Under the pieces are notes generated by a model, which searched no databases, was not told where the DNA came from, and was given only the letters and a program-made list of their open reading frames with translations. The translations under genes were made by a program, and so were the position numbers. This document shows positions 46,490 to 57,214 of a DNA stretch of 64,000 nucleotides, in pieces. Source of the stretch: Candidatus Omnitrophota bacterium (GTDB lineage Bacteria > Omnitrophota > Omnitrophia > Omnitrophales > JACROU01); assembly GCA_029261035.1 (NCBI GenBank), contig JAJDCD010000025.1, positions 66,926 through 130,925 of the forward strand, written 5' to 3'. Position 1 is the first letter of the stretch. Each line of letters starts with the position of its first letter.

Positions 46490-49180
46490 TTATACCAATT
46501 CTTCTAAGGTTTTTTTTTCTTCTTGAAAAACCTTTTGCTTCTTAAGGGATTCTTGTAGTTTCTCTACTTCTTTCTCATACACTTCCTTAGGAGCATTATT
46601 TTTAAATTTATCATTCGATAATTTTTTTTCTAAAGAATGGATATAAGCATCCACATTATTCAAACTTTCATCCACCACTTTTTTTCTTTTTGCAATATCA
46701 ATATCCTGGCTTGCATCCACATAAAGAATAATCTCTTTCAAAACACCCACTTTAAACCATTTTCCTTTTTCTTTTTGAGAACTAATAAATTGAACTTCTT
46801 CTGCATTCGCTAAAAGCTTAATTTCAGAAGCCAAACCTTTCACAACACTATCCGCAGACTCTAGCTCACAAGCAATATGAATTTTATCTCTCGGAGCTAC
46901 ATTGTTTTCAGCCCGAAAGTTTCTCAGAACTGTTGCAATTTCTTGCAACAACTCCACTTTTTGAATGGATTCTTCATTAATCAAATCATGGTTCGTTTCA
47001 GGCCATTGACTTAAAGAAATAGATTCTCCTAAGTCTTTATTGCACAAAGCTTTAAGCTTCTGCCAAATTTCTTCTGACTGAAAAGGCATGATAGGATGGA
47101 TTAACCTTAAACTTTTCTCAATTACATGCAACATCACTTTTTCTGTTAACTGTCGTTCTCCTTTGGAAATGAGGTCTTCTCCCTCAGAAGTTAATTTTGG
47201 TTTAACCAACTCAATATACCAATCGCAAAATGCATGCCAAAAGAAATGATATAAATCACTAGCAGCATCATTAAAACGATATACTTCTAAAGCGAAATTC
47301 ACTTTTTTAATTGTGCTGTTGAGTTCGGCTAAGATCCATTCGTCAATCAAAGTTAGATTCTTCAATTCAGATTCAGACAATTCAAAGTCCTCTAACTTTT
47401 CAGATTCTAGATTCATAAATAGAAATCGGCAAGCATTCCAAATCTTATTAGTAAAATTTCTTCCAATTTCAAACTTATCCTTACTTAGATAAGCATCTTG
47501 CCCACTCCCTGTAATCATCATCAAACTAAATCGAAGAGCGTCTGCTCCAACTTCATCAATCACGTCTAAAGGATCAATCGTATTCCCTAAAGATTTTGAC
47601 ATCTTAGTTCCGTCTCCGTCCCGAATCGTTCCATGAATATTAACTGTCTTAAAGGGCTCTTTACCCAAGAATTCACAGCCAGCCATAATCATACGCGCAA
47701 CCCAAAAGAAAATAATTTCTGAACCCGTAACTAAATCTGTTGTCGGATAAAAGCGCTTAAGGTCTGGAGTCTCATCAGGCCAACCCAATGTAGAAAAAGG
47801 CCATAACCAAGAAGAAAACCAGGTATCCAAAACATCTTCATCTTGTCTTAAGTTCTTACTCTTACATTCTTGACACTCTGTTACATCTTCTCGAGAAACA
47901 TTAATATGTTCACAATCATTACAATACCAAACAGGAATACGATGTCCCCACCAAATCTGTCTAGAAATACACCAATCCCGAATGTTTTCCATCCAGTTTA
48001 GATAAACTTTCGTCCAACGATCAGGAATAAACTGAACTCGCCCTTCTTGAACCACCTTAATTGCTTTTTCAGCCATAGGTTTCATCTTAACAAACCATTG
48101 TTTCGAAAAATAAGGTTCTATTACGGTATCACAACGATAACAATGCCCAACGGCATGCTGATGAGGTTCTACTTTGAGAAGCAATCCTAATTCTTCCAAG
48201 TCTTTTACTATTTTCTTTCTCGCTTTAAAACGATCCAACCCTTGGTAGGCTCCACCCGCTTCATTAATAGAACCGTCTTCATTCATTACATTAATAAACT
48301 CAAGGTCATGACGTTTACCTATCTCAAAGTCGTTAGGGTCATGTGCTGGCGTTACCTTAACTACACCTGTTCCAAACTCCTTATCGACAAAATCATCTTG
48401 AACAACAGACAACTCACGATCCACAAGAGGAAGGTTTAATTTTTGTTTTACTAAATCGGAGTAACGCTCATCGGTAGGATTAATAGCAACAGCCGTGTCC
48501 CCCAACATCGTTTCAGGACGCGTTGTAGCAACAACAACAAACTTATCTTTGCTATCTTTGATCGGATATTTAATATGATAAAGAGAACCCTCACTATCTT
48601 TATGAGGAGCTTCTTCGTCTGAAAGAGCCGTATGGCATCGAGGACACCAGTTAATAATGTAATGTCCTTGATAGATTAACCCTTTTTCATAAAGACGAAC
48701 AAAGGTTTCTCGCACTGATCGAGACAAACCCTCATCCATCGTAAAACGTTCGCGAGTCCAATCACAAGAGGAACCTAAATGCCTTAATTGCTTCGAAATG
48801 GTAGACCCATGTTCTTCTTTCCACTTCCAGGTCTCTTCGAGAAAAGCTTCTCGCCCTAAATCATGACGTGTCTTCCCTTCCTTAGCTAACTTTCTCTCAA
48901 CTACATTTTGGGTCGCAATACCCGCATGATCCATTCCAGGCATCCAAAGTGTAGGCTGTTGTTTCATACGATGCCAACGGGTTAAAATATCTTGAATGGT
49001 ATTATTGAGAGCGTGACCCATATGTAAAATTCCGGTCACATTAGGCGGAGGAATAACGATAACAAAAGGGTCTAGATCTAAATTTTCATTAGGACAGAAA
49101 TAACGAGATTTTTCCCAAACTTTATACCAACGCGTTTCAACGTCTTTGGATTTATATATTTTATCGAGTTCTATTTTCAT
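46490..49180 (-). CDS. valS: Valine--tRNA ligase
   Basis: PPPNVTG.LHMGH, ATTRPET, DWCISRQIWWGH, KMSKS. Confidence 0.98.
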   Translation of the reverse strand: MKIELDKIYKSKDVETRWYKVWEKSRYFCPNENLDLDPFVIVIPPPNVTGILHMGHALNNTIQDILTRWHRMKQQPTLWMPGMDHAGIATQNVVERKLAKEGKTRHDLGREAFLEETWKWKEEHGSTISKQLRHLGSSCDWTRERFTMDEGLSRSVRETFVRLYEKGLIYQGHYIINWCPRCHTALSDEEAPHKDSEGSLYHIKYPIKDSKDKFVVVATTRPETMLGDTAVAINPTDERYSDLVKQKLNLPLVDRELSVVQDDFVDKEFGTGVVKVTPAHDPNDFEIGKRHDLEFINVMNEDGSINEAGGAYQGLDRFKARKKIVKDLEELGLLLKVEPHQHAVGHCYRCDTVIEPYFSKQWFVKMKPMAEKAIKVVQEGRVQFIPDRWTKVYLNWMENIRDWCISRQIWWGHRIPVWYCNDCEHINVSREDVTECQECKSKNLRQDEDVLDTWFSSWLWPFSTLGWPDETPDLKRFYPTTDLVTGSEIIFFWVARMIMAGCEFLGKEPFKTVNIHGTIRDGDGTKMSKSLGNTIDPLDVIDEVGADALRFSLMMITGSGQDAYLSKDKFEIGRNFTNKIWNACRFLFMNLESEKLEDFELSESELKNLTLIDEWILAELNSTIKKVNFALEVYRFNDAASDLYHFFWHAFCDWYIELVKPKLTSEGEDLISKGERQLTEKVMLHVIEKSLRLIHPIMPFQSEEIWQKLKALCNKDLGESISLSQWPETNHDLINEESIQKVELLQEIATVLRNFRAENNVAPRDKIHIACELESADSVVKGLASEIKLLANAEEVQFISSQKEKGKWFKVGVLKEIILYVDASQDIDIAKRKKVVDESLNNVDAYIHSLEKKLSNDKFKNNAPKEVYEKEVEKLQESLKKQKVFQEEKKTLEELV

Positions 49181-49208
49181 ATTTTACTTAATAGTGAGTC
49201 AAATGTCT

Positions 49209-49303
49209 GAGATTACTTCGTCGGCATTTAATTCAACTCCTCGTAATGACAATCTCTCTGAGTCCGTCATTGCGAGCATCAACAAAAGATGCGTGGCAAT
49301 CTC
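49209..49303. repeat. Two REP-like units (GTCATT[G/A]CGAG..[G/T]AATCTC family) 3' of the GIY-YIG gene
   Basis: 49209-49251 (reverse orientation) and 49265-49303 CGTCATTGCGAGC..GTGGCAATCTC. Confidence 0.8.
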
Positions 49304-49314
49304 AGGAGTAATGG

Positions 49315-49602
49315 TTATAAAGTTTCGTAAAGATCATTAAATTCTGGATTAAACTTTTGAATTAACTCTAATTTCTTTTTTCTCGATCCTGCTTTTATTT
49401 GCTTTTCCCTCTCTATTGCAGTTCTAATATCATCTGCTACTTCAAAGTAAATTAACTTATCCAAGTTATACTTTTTAGAAAAACCATCAGTGAGCTTTTT
49501 CTTATGCTCAAAAATTCTTTTCTTAAGATCGCTGGTAACACCCGTATAGATTGTAGTGTTGTTCTTATTTGTTAAGAAGTATATATAACCTGATTCATCC
49601 AT
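49315..49602 (-). CDS. Small stand-alone GIY-YIG nuclease
   Basis: GYIYFL, IYTGVT, R..EH, AIEREKQIK, NPEFNDL. Confidence 0.92.
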   Translation of the reverse strand: MDESGYIYFLTNKNNTTIYTGVTSDLKKRIFEHKKKLTDGFSKKYNLDKLIYFEVADDIRTAIEREKQIKAGSRKKKLELIQKFNPEFNDLYETL

Positions 49603-49614
49603 TTTTCTATGCCT

Positions 49615-49654
49615 GAGATTGCCGCGGCCTTTTTGTCGCTACCTCGCAATGACG
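49615..49654. repeat. REP-like unit, inverted relative to 49265-49303
   Basis: GAGATTGCCGCGG..CCTCGCAATGACG. Confidence 0.8.
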
Positions 49655-49677
49655 AAAAACGAGACTGAGCCGCTTTT

Positions 49678-51243
49678 CTAAATCTTTTCACCCTTGAGCA
49701 ATTTGTATTCCACAGCTTCGACAAGGGCTTGCCAGCTGGCTTCGATGATGTTTTCGGAAACACCCACTGTAGTCCAAGTTCCTTTTTCGTCTTGGAATGT
49801 GATGAACACACGCACTGTCGCACCGGTACCTTCAGCTTCATCGATGACACGCACTTTAAAATCCGTTAAATGAATTTTTTTGATTACAGGATAAAACTTA
49901 GAAAGCGCTTTTCTCAAAGCATTATCTAATGCATTAACAGGACCATCCCCATCTGCTGCTGTATGCTCTACAGCTTTACCTATTTTCAACTTTAATGTTG
50001 CTCGACTTGTGATTTTACCTTCTTCACTTTTTTCATCATGCACATTAAATTCAACCAACTCAAAAAATTTCTTTTCTTTCCCTGTCATTTTTCGCATTAA
50101 CAACTCAAAGGAAGCATCTGCTGCCTCAAATTGATAACCTTTACTTTCAAGTTCGTAGACTTTCTCTAATATTTTCTTGGTCTCTGGGGATTCTTTATCT
50201 AATCCCAAGGACATCTCTTTTGATTTGATCAACACATTAGATCGTCCTGATAATTCAGAAACTAAAAAACGTGTATTATTACCCACACTTTTAGGAGAAA
50301 TATGTTCATAGGTCTTCGAGTTCTTCATCATTGCATTGACATGAACACCCCCCTTATGAGCAAACGCAGAACGTCCAACATAGGGCTGGTTATTTTCAAA
50401 AGGCATATTGCAGATTTCTGCGATATAACGACTTAACTCTGTCAACTCTTGCATTTTTGACGCTGCAACTGTTGTAACCCCTAACTTAAAAACAAGATTA
50501 GGGATAACGCTGATTAAATTTGCATTTCCACACCGCTCTCCATAACCATTAATCGTTCCCTGAACCTGAGTCGCTCCGGCTTGAACTGCAGCGATTGAAT
50601 TCGCAACACCCAAATTACAATCGTTATGACAGTGGATCCCTATTTCTGTAGACACTTGAGTTTTAACCTCAGCGATGATTGCAGCAATTTCAGAAGGCAA
50701 GGTCCCTCCATTCGTATCACAAAGCACTAAATAACTCGCACCACCTCTTTCAGCCTCTTTCAATGTCTTGATTGCGTATTCTGAATTTTCTTTATACCCA
50801 TCAAAAAAATGCTCTGCGTCATAAATCACTTCCATACGCTTGGACTTCAAATATTTAACGGAGTCGTAGATCATGCTTAAATTTTCTTTCATTGAAGTTT
50901 TAAACACTTCCTTCACATGAAAATCCCAACTCTTTCCAAAGATGGTAACCACCTCAGCTTTTGCTTCCACTAATTTAGCTAAGTTTGCATCCTCAGAAGC
51001 CTTGATATTAGGCCTTCTCGTAGAACCAAAAGCTGCAACTTTGGCCTTTTTTAACTTTAATTTTTTCACTTCTTTAAAGAAACTCATATCCTTAGGATTA
51101 GAGCCTGGCCATCCGCCCTCGATGTAATGAACCCCAAATTGATCTAATTTTTTGGCAATCTTTAGCTTGTCATCCAAAGACAAACTCATCCCCTCTCCTT
51201 GGGAACCATCTCTTAATGTTGTATCGTATATTGTTACCTTCAT
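49678..51243 (-). CDS. cimA: Citramalate synthase
   Basis: DTTLRDGSQGEG, EGGWPGSNPKD, FGKSW, DAEHFFDG, AHKGGVH. Confidence 0.93.
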   Translation of the reverse strand: MKVTIYDTTLRDGSQGEGMSLSLDDKLKIAKKLDQFGVHYIEGGWPGSNPKDMSFFKEVKKLKLKKAKVAAFGSTRRPNIKASEDANLAKLVEAKAEVVTIFGKSWDFHVKEVFKTSMKENLSMIYDSVKYLKSKRMEVIYDAEHFFDGYKENSEYAIKTLKEAERGGASYLVLCDTNGGTLPSEIAAIIAEVKTQVSTEIGIHCHNDCNLGVANSIAAVQAGATQVQGTINGYGERCGNANLISVIPNLVFKLGVTTVAASKMQELTELSRYIAEICNMPFENNQPYVGRSAFAHKGGVHVNAMMKNSKTYEHISPKSVGNNTRFLVSELSGRSNVLIKSKEMSLGLDKESPETKKILEKVYELESKGYQFEAADASFELLMRKMTGKEKKFFELVEFNVHDEKSEEGKITSRATLKLKIGKAVEHTAADGDGPVNALDNALRKALSKFYPVIKKIHLTDFKVRVIDEAEGTGATVRVFITFQDEKGTWTTVGVSENIIEASWQALVEAVEYKLLKGEKI

Positions 51244-51259
51244 AATATCCTTTGTTTAC

Positions 51260-51376
51260 TAGCGGTCAGCGTAAAGCGTTTAGCGAATAGGTTATCAAAC
51301 CCTCACCCTAGGCCTCTCCCTATCAGGGAGAGGGAAATAGCTTTTCTATACGCTCCACGCTAAACGCTCTACGCTA
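51260..51376. repeat. Heptamer inverted arms enclosing a CCCTCACCC..CCTCTCCC..GGGAGAGG palindrome
   Basis: TAGCGGT CAGCGTA AAGCGTT TAGCGAA ... TACGCTC CACGCTA AACGCTC TACGCTA; inner unit at 51300-51335. Confidence 0.7.
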
Positions 51377-51378
51377 AT

Positions 51379-52605
51379 TTATATTACTGTTTTTCTACGA
51401 CTTAAACCAAATGCACTGTGTATCGCTCGGACAGCTGCTTTTCCTTTTTTACCATCCACGACACAAGAAATTTTAATTTCAGAGGTTGAAATCATTTCGA
51501 TATTTATTTTCTTTTTTGCAAGCGTGCTAAACATTTTCGCAGCGACACCTGAATGCGATTTCATACCCACACCCACCAAACTCACCTTTGCTATATTCTT
51601 ATCCACTTCTACCCCGCTCGCCTTTACAATTTTGGCTGCTTGATGGATGACAGGAAGAGTTCTTTTCAATTCCGATTTAAATACGGTAAATGAAATATCT
51701 GTAAAATTGGTCGTGGATTTATTTTGAATAATCATGTCCACATTCACATCACTTTTAGCGAGCTTCTCAAATACCTTAGCAGCAATCCCTGGAGTATCAG
51801 GAACTTTTAACAAAGTAATCTTAACTTCATTCTCTGTAATAGTAACTCCACTAACGAGCACTTGCTCCATTTTCTTATTCTCCTTTGTGATCAACGTTCC
51901 CGGATTATTGTTCATACTACTTCGAACCATAATCGGAACATTATATTTTTTCCCAACTTCAACTGAACGAGACTGCATTACTTTCGCGCCTAAAGACGCC
52001 ATCTCGAGCATTTCTTCATAACTAATCATATCCAACTTGCGTGCATCTTTAACAATACGAGGATCTGAAGTATAAACCCCATCCACATCTGTATAAATTT
52101 CGCATAAGGAAGCTTTTAACACATGCGCCAAAGCAACCGCTGTTAAGTCCGAACCTCCACGACCTAGAGTTGTAATCTCATTCTTAGAGGTGCTCCCTTG
52201 AAAACCTGCTACAATAACAATCTTACCCTTTCTCAATTCTCTGCGAATACGGTCGGTATTAATATCAACAATTTTGGCTTGCCCGTGTTTTTCATTTGTT
52301 GTTATTCCAATCTGCAAACCTGTCATCGAAACAGCATCTTCACCTAGCTCATGAATCGCCATTGCCAAAAGAGCTACAGACATCTGTTCTCCAGTCGTCA
52401 GCAACATATCCATTTCACGTTGGTTCGGAATCTTAGCGACTTGGTGGGCTAACGAATTTAATTCGTCTGTTTTTCCAGCAGGAGCAGAAACAACAACAAC
52501 CACTTGATTCTTTTTACGTTTTGTACGAACAATCCGTTTGGCTACACTCTTAACTTTTTCGATGTCTCCAACAGACGTACCACCATATTTTTGAACAATA
52601 ACCAT
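51379..52605 (-). CDS. lysC: Aspartate kinase
   Basis: QKYGGTSV, AGFQG, TLGRGGSD, TDVDG, two ACT domains. Confidence 0.95.
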   Translation of the reverse strand: MVIVQKYGGTSVGDIEKVKSVAKRIVRTKRKKNQVVVVVSAPAGKTDELNSLAHQVAKIPNQREMDMLLTTGEQMSVALLAMAIHELGEDAVSMTGLQIGITTNEKHGQAKIVDINTDRIRRELRKGKIVIVAGFQGSTSKNEITTLGRGGSDLTAVALAHVLKASLCEIYTDVDGVYTSDPRIVKDARKLDMISYEEMLEMASLGAKVMQSRSVEVGKKYNVPIMVRSSMNNNPGTLITKENKKMEQVLVSGVTITENEVKITLLKVPDTPGIAAKVFEKLAKSDVNVDMIIQNKSTTNFTDISFTVFKSELKRTLPVIHQAAKIVKASGVEVDKNIAKVSLVGVGMKSHSGVAAKMFSTLAKKKINIEMISTSEIKISCVVDGKKGKAAVRAIHSAFGLSRRKTVI

Positions 52606-52635
52606 TCTATTTCCTCTACCTAATCACACAACTCA

Positions 52636-53832
52636 TTATTTTTTAAGGAGCGTCGGAAGAATCTTATATGCATCGTTAACAACCACTTCAGACTCTGCGG
52701 CTTCAGCTTCAGTAAATATATTCCCGCCAGCAGACTCTATTCCCTTACCAGCAACTACAAAAGGAACACTAGAACGAAAATGCGTTCGTGTATTACATGA
52801 AGTTGAGTGATCCGGCATAATCAAAACACGCGTATCTGGATTCTCTTCTAAATACCGTCTTACTGGACCTACAATCTTAGAGTCAAAATCTTCAATTGCC
52901 TCTACCTTTAGTTTTGGATTGCCTTGATGCGCTGTTTCATCCGTAGCTTCCACATGGATATAAATAAAATCTTTCTCTTTCAAACTATTTAATCCAAATT
53001 CCACTTTTCCTTCATAGTTCGTATCCACGTAACCTGTAATGTCTGGTACCGGCAAAATTTCCAACTCCGCTAAACGTCCAATCCCACAAACCAAGTCCAC
53101 TGCAGAAACGATTGATCCTTTGATTCCAAAACGAGATTCAAAAGTCTCTATCTTAGGCATTACCCCTTGCCCCCAAAGCCAAATCATATTTGCCGGATTC
53201 TCATTTAAATCCACACGAACTTGATTGATCTCATGATCTTTTAAATGAATTTTAGCTTTTTCCATAATATCTTTTAAAATATCAGAACCATTTCCTGTCG
53301 GCCAATGGTCTTCAATCGATTGATCCTGAATATCATGAGGAGGAACACATTCGGCAGATAATCCTTTAATTCCTGCAGAATCCTTGATCACTGCAATATG
53401 CCTATATTGAATACCAGGATAAAGTGTAATTTTTTCAGAATCTATTTTTCCTTTTAAAAAATCTACGAGGGTATGAGCTTCTGTCGTACTGATATGCCCA
53501 GCACTGTAATCGGCCATTTTTCCATCCGCATCGGTTACTAAGTTCATCCTAAAAGCAACTTCACCCTCATTTAACTTAATTCCCATATTAGCGGCTTCCA
53601 AAGGAGCTCTTCCCGTATAACATTCTTTTGGGTTATAGCCCAAAATAGAAAGGTGCCCTACATCAGAACCCGGAGACAAACCTGCAGGAATCGTATCCGC
53701 TCGACCCATTCGTCCGTTTTCGCAAAACCAAGTTAGGTTTGGCATATGACTCGATTCTAACGGGGTCTTTCCACCCAAAGCTTCGCAAGGTTCATCACTC
53801 ACACCATCTGGAACTAATACAATATATTTCAT
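52636..53832 (-). CDS. apgM: ApgM-family cofactor-independent phosphoglycerate mutase-like protein (proposed homoserine kinase subgroup)
   Basis: PDGVSD..GKTPL, PGSD, GRAPLEA, HVEATDE.AH, PDHST; lies between thrC and lysC. Confidence 0.85.
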   Translation of the reverse strand: MKYIVLVPDGVSDEPCEALGGKTPLESSHMPNLTWFCENGRMGRADTIPAGLSPGSDVGHLSILGYNPKECYTGRAPLEAANMGIKLNEGEVAFRMNLVTDADGKMADYSAGHISTTEAHTLVDFLKGKIDSEKITLYPGIQYRHIAVIKDSAGIKGLSAECVPPHDIQDQSIEDHWPTGNGSDILKDIMEKAKIHLKDHEINQVRVDLNENPANMIWLWGQGVMPKIETFESRFGIKGSIVSAVDLVCGIGRLAELEILPVPDITGYVDTNYEGKVEFGLNSLKEKDFIYIHVEATDETAHQGNPKLKVEAIEDFDSKIVGPVRRYLEENPDTRVLIMPDHSTSCNTRTHFRSSVPFVVAGKGIESAGGNIFTEAEAAESEVVVNDAYKILPTLLKK

Positions 53833-53850
53833 AGTTGTTTCCTCTGTCTT

Positions 53851-54915
53851 TTATAATTTCAAATTCATAGCATCCAAAACTTTATCTTTATTAGAATCCA
53901 CCGTTATCACTTCATCATCAAAACTGAGTGCAATATCAGGATCTTTTAATCCCGATCCCGTCAGAGTACAAACAACCGTACTTCCAGGTTTAATGTAATC
54001 TCTTTTTACTAATTTAATTAAACCAGCCACAGAAGCACAAGAAGCAGGCTCTGCAAAAACACCATCTCTTTCAGCAATAAAACGATACGCCCATTTAATT
54101 TCTTCATCTGTTACCGCTTCAATTAAACCGCCTGATTCATCACGTGCATTCACAGCACCGTCCCAACTTGCTGGATTCCCAATGCGAATCGCGGTCGCAA
54201 TTGTTTCTGGATTTTCAATAATTCGATTTTCAACAATAGGAGCCGATCCTGCCGCTTGAAAACCACACATTTTAGGTAACGTTTTATTTTTACCATGCTC
54301 TTTATACTCTTTGTATCCCATCCAATAAGCCGTAATATTACCTGCATTCCCCACAGGAATTAAATGGTAATCAGGAGCCTTTCCCAACTCATCCACAATC
54401 TCAAAAGCAGCGGTCTTTTGCCCTTGAATACGATATGGGTTAATAGAGTTCACTAACTTTACAGGATGACTATCCGTAATTTCTTTCACCAAATTTAAAG
54501 CGTCATCAAAGTTGCCTTTAATCTGAATCACTTTTGCTCCGTAACGATAAGCTTGGAGCAATTTTCCTTTAGCAATGTTACCCTCAGGGATCAACACAAA
54601 ACATTTCAAGCCAGAACGAGACGCATACGCAGCTGCCGCAGCAGAAGTATTTCCTGTTGAAGCACACATAATCGCTTTATAACCTTCTTCCAAAGCTTTC
54701 GACACCGCCATCGTCATTCCACGATCTTTAAACGAACCTGTAGGATTCAAGCCTTCAAACTTATAATAGACTTTAAAATCCAAGTTAAATTCTTTAGGCA
54801 AAGCTTCAGATATAATCAACGGAGTGTTTCCTTCATTCAAAGAAACAATTGGTGTCTTATCTGTTATGGGTAAAAACTCTGCATATCTCTCTATAATTCC
54901 AATTTTCTTAGGCAC
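53851..54915 (-). CDS. thrC: Threonine synthase
   Basis: [37 protein letters not shown]. Confidence 0.96.
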   Translation of the reverse strand: MPKKIGIIERYAEFLPITDKTPIVSLNEGNTPLIISEALPKEFNLDFKVYYKFEGLNPTGSFKDRGMTMAVSKALEEGYKAIMCASTGNTSAAAAAYASRSGLKCFVLIPEGNIAKGKLLQAYRYGAKVIQIKGNFDDALNLVKEITDSHPVKLVNSINPYRIQGQKTAAFEIVDELGKAPDYHLIPVGNAGNITAYWMGYKEYKEHGKNKTLPKMCGFQAAGSAPIVENRIIENPETIATAIRIGNPASWDGAVNARDESGGLIEAVTDEEIKWAYRFIAERDGVFAEPASCASVAGLIKLVKRDYIKPGSTVVCTLTGSGLKDPDIALSFDDEVITVDSNKDKVLDAMNLKL

Positions 54916-54931
54916 TCTTTTTCCTTTGTTT

Positions 54932-55057
54932 ATAGCTATCAGCTTTTAGCCATTAGCCGGACAATCTTTTCAAACTGTCTTCCTGAGTGTAACGAAGGAT
55001 CTATGACAAATGAAATAATAAAATTCTTCAAGATCCTTCACTGCGTTCAGGATGACA
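54932..55057. repeat. Heptamer array plus REP-like pair
   Basis: ATAGCTA TCAGCTT TTAGCCA TTAGCCG; TGTCTTCCTGAG..GAAGGATCT (54976-55002); AGATCCTTC..CAGGATGACA (55031-55057). Confidence 0.75.
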
Positions 55058-55083
55058 ATACAACTGTTCACACTTAACGAAAT

Positions 55084-56379
55084 TTAGCTTTCAATTCGGA
55101 TAACTCGTGTTTTTTCGCGAATCACCGATCGGTTTGAATCAATCTTTTTTACAGCCGTTCTAATATCCGCTTCATGTCCTTTGTACGTTAACAAAATCAA
55201 AGGCACTGTGGTCCCAGACTTTTTCTCTGTCTGGATCACATTAGAAATGCTCACGTTATGCTTTCCTAAAATTCCAGAGATATAAGAAAGCGTTCCGGGT
55301 TTATCAATCACAGAAAATCTTAAATAATAACGCGAAAGAATCGACGAAATACTTTTAACTTTAACCTGAGACTTAGAAGTTCGCGGCAAATTACTTCGAA
55401 TACCCTTTGCCCAATCAATCACATCACTTAAAACAGCACTCGCAGTAGGCTCCGGCCCTGCCCCTTTTCCATAAAGAAGAACTTCCCCTACTTCATCCCC
55501 TTCAAAAAGGATTGCATTAAAAGAACCATCCACCTTCGCTAAGATATGGTTATTAGGTAATAAGGTTGGTTGTACACGAGCCTCAATACCATCTTTTTGT
55601 TTCTTAGCTATTGCCAATAACTTAATCGAATAACCAAATCGTTTAGCAAAATCAATATCATGTTGCGAAATATGTTTAATCCCTTCGCAATCAACACTCT
55701 TAAAAGGAATCTTCTGTTCAAAACTATATCGAGCCAAAATAGCAATCTTATGCGCTGCATCAACCCCTTCAATATCAAAAGTAGGATCTAACTCGGCATA
55801 ACCCTTTGCTTGAGCTTCCTGAAGAGCAACATCAAAATCCACGCCATGCTGACTCATTTGAGTCAAAATATAATTACTGGTTCCATTAATAATCCCTAAG
55901 ATCGAATGGATATGATTCGCAGCTAACCCCTCTCTTAAGGACTTAATTACAGGAATACCTCCACCCACGCTCGCTTCAAAGAAAATTTGACGACCTAACT
56001 TCTTCGCTTCTTTATATATAGATTCTCCCTCTTCAGCAAGGAGAGCCTTGTTCGCTGTTACCACATCTTTACCATTACGAAAGGCTTCTAAGACAAATTT
56101 CTTCGCTAAAGCAACGCCACCCACAAGCTCAATCACCAAATCAATCGAGGGATCTTTCAATACATCCGATGGTTTTGAGGTTAACAACTTAGAGTCCAAG
56201 GACTTAAATCTCTTTTTCTTGGTATTCTTAACCAAAATCTTTGTAATATCAAAACGCACATCATAGCGTTTCTGAAAGAGACTCCTCTTACGAGAAATCA
56301 CACGATATACTTCCGAACCAATCTGTCCCAATCCTAAAAGTCCAATAGAGACCCTTCTCATAAATCCTCCAAAAGGCAT
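55084..56379 (-). CDS. hom: Homoserine dehydrogenase
   Basis: GLGQIG, VTANK, FEASVGGGIP, NGTSNY, GAGPEPTASA, ACT domain. Confidence 0.96.
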   Translation of the reverse strand: MPFGGFMRRVSIGLLGLGQIGSEVYRVISRKRSLFQKRYDVRFDITKILVKNTKKKRFKSLDSKLLTSKPSDVLKDPSIDLVIELVGGVALAKKFVLEAFRNGKDVVTANKALLAEEGESIYKEAKKLGRQIFFEASVGGGIPVIKSLREGLAANHIHSILGIINGTSNYILTQMSQHGVDFDVALQEAQAKGYAELDPTFDIEGVDAAHKIAILARYSFEQKIPFKSVDCEGIKHISQHDIDFAKRFGYSIKLLAIAKKQKDGIEARVQPTLLPNNHILAKVDGSFNAILFEGDEVGEVLLYGKGAGPEPTASAVLSDVIDWAKGIRSNLPRTSKSQVKVKSISSILSRYYLRFSVIDKPGTLSYISGILGKHNVSISNVIQTEKKSGTTVPLILLTYKGHEADIRTAVKKIDSNRSVIREKTRVIRIES

Positions 56380-56449
56380 AAGTTAAACACACTAATATAC
56401 TCAAAAATAACCCTACAGTAAAGGGGTAAAAGGTAAATTTAGGAACTTT

Positions 56450-56483
56450 CCTCTCCCTCTCAGGGAGAGGACTCAGGTGAGGG
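56450..56483. repeat. CCTCTCCC..GGGAGAGG..GGTGAGGG palindromic unit
   Basis: Reverse-complement relative of 51300-51335. Confidence 0.7.
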
Positions 56484-56559
56484 TTTATAAGTTAAACAAA
56501 AAGAACAATTATAGGCTAATGGGTGAAGTGTGAAGCACTCTATACACTTGCCCATACTG

Positions 56560-56599
56560 TGTCATTGCGAGGCATTGGTAATGAAGCCGTGGCAATCTC
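56560..56599. repeat. REP-like unit (GTCATTGCGAG family)
   Basis: TGTCATTGCGAGGC..GCCGTGGCAATCTC. Confidence 0.8.
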
Positions 56600-56608
56600 T
56601 ATCTCTGA

Positions 56609-57214
56609 CTATTTTTCCTTCAATATTTTCTTATGAATTTCCAGCAAAGGTTGGATATTACCTTGATCTGCTTCTTTTAATGCTGCTAGATAGGTCTTTC
56701 TAAAGGTCTTTTCGATGAACAGTTCATCCTCAGGCCATTCCAAGTAAGCTCCCAATTCACCTTTTAAGTAAAGGTTGGTAATTAATCGAGCCCACCTTCC
56801 ATTCCCATTACTAAAAGGATGAATCCAAACAAGTCGGTGATGCAAAAGAGCAGAAATCTCTATAGCATCTCTACCCTTCTCAACCCAATAAGAAAAATCC
56901 TCTTCTAGCTTTTTAAGTTCCGTAGAAATCTTATAAGGTTCAACACCCACATTAAACCCTACACTTCTAACTTTCCCTGCCCAATTCCAAACATCACAAA
57001 ACATATCTTTATGAACCCTCAAGAAAAAATGCATATCATATTTAACAGCTTCTTTAGAACTCAGGTTTAAATAATACTTCGTCAATGCTTTATTGATATT
57101 AATAAACTCAGCTTCAAACAGCTCCTCCCTTGTTGATAAATCTTGCTTTAGCCCAGAAATATCATCCAAAGGCGTCGCTCCTAATGGAGTTGATTGACTT
57201 AATTTTCTCGCCAT
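56609..57214 (-). CDS. Fic-domain protein (mobile mystery protein B-like)
   Basis: HPFSNGNGRWAR Fic motif; GATPLD near the N-terminus; W.WAG..R. Confidence 0.88.
   Translation of the reverse strand: MARKLSQSTPLGATPLDDISGLKQDLSTREELFEAEFININKALTKYYLNLSSKEAVKYDMHFFLRVHKDMFCDVWNWAGKVRSVGFNVGVEPYKISTELKKLEEDFSYWVEKGRDAIEISALLHHRLVWIHPFSNGNGRWARLITNLYLKGELGAYLEWPEDELFIEKTFRKTYLAALKEADQGNIQPLLEIHKKILKEK

Noticed and set aside
49572-49850. 92-aa minus-strand ORF overlapping cimA and the GIY-YIG gene
   Set aside because: It is an alternative frame across the cimA 3' end and a REP palindrome, with no protein features.
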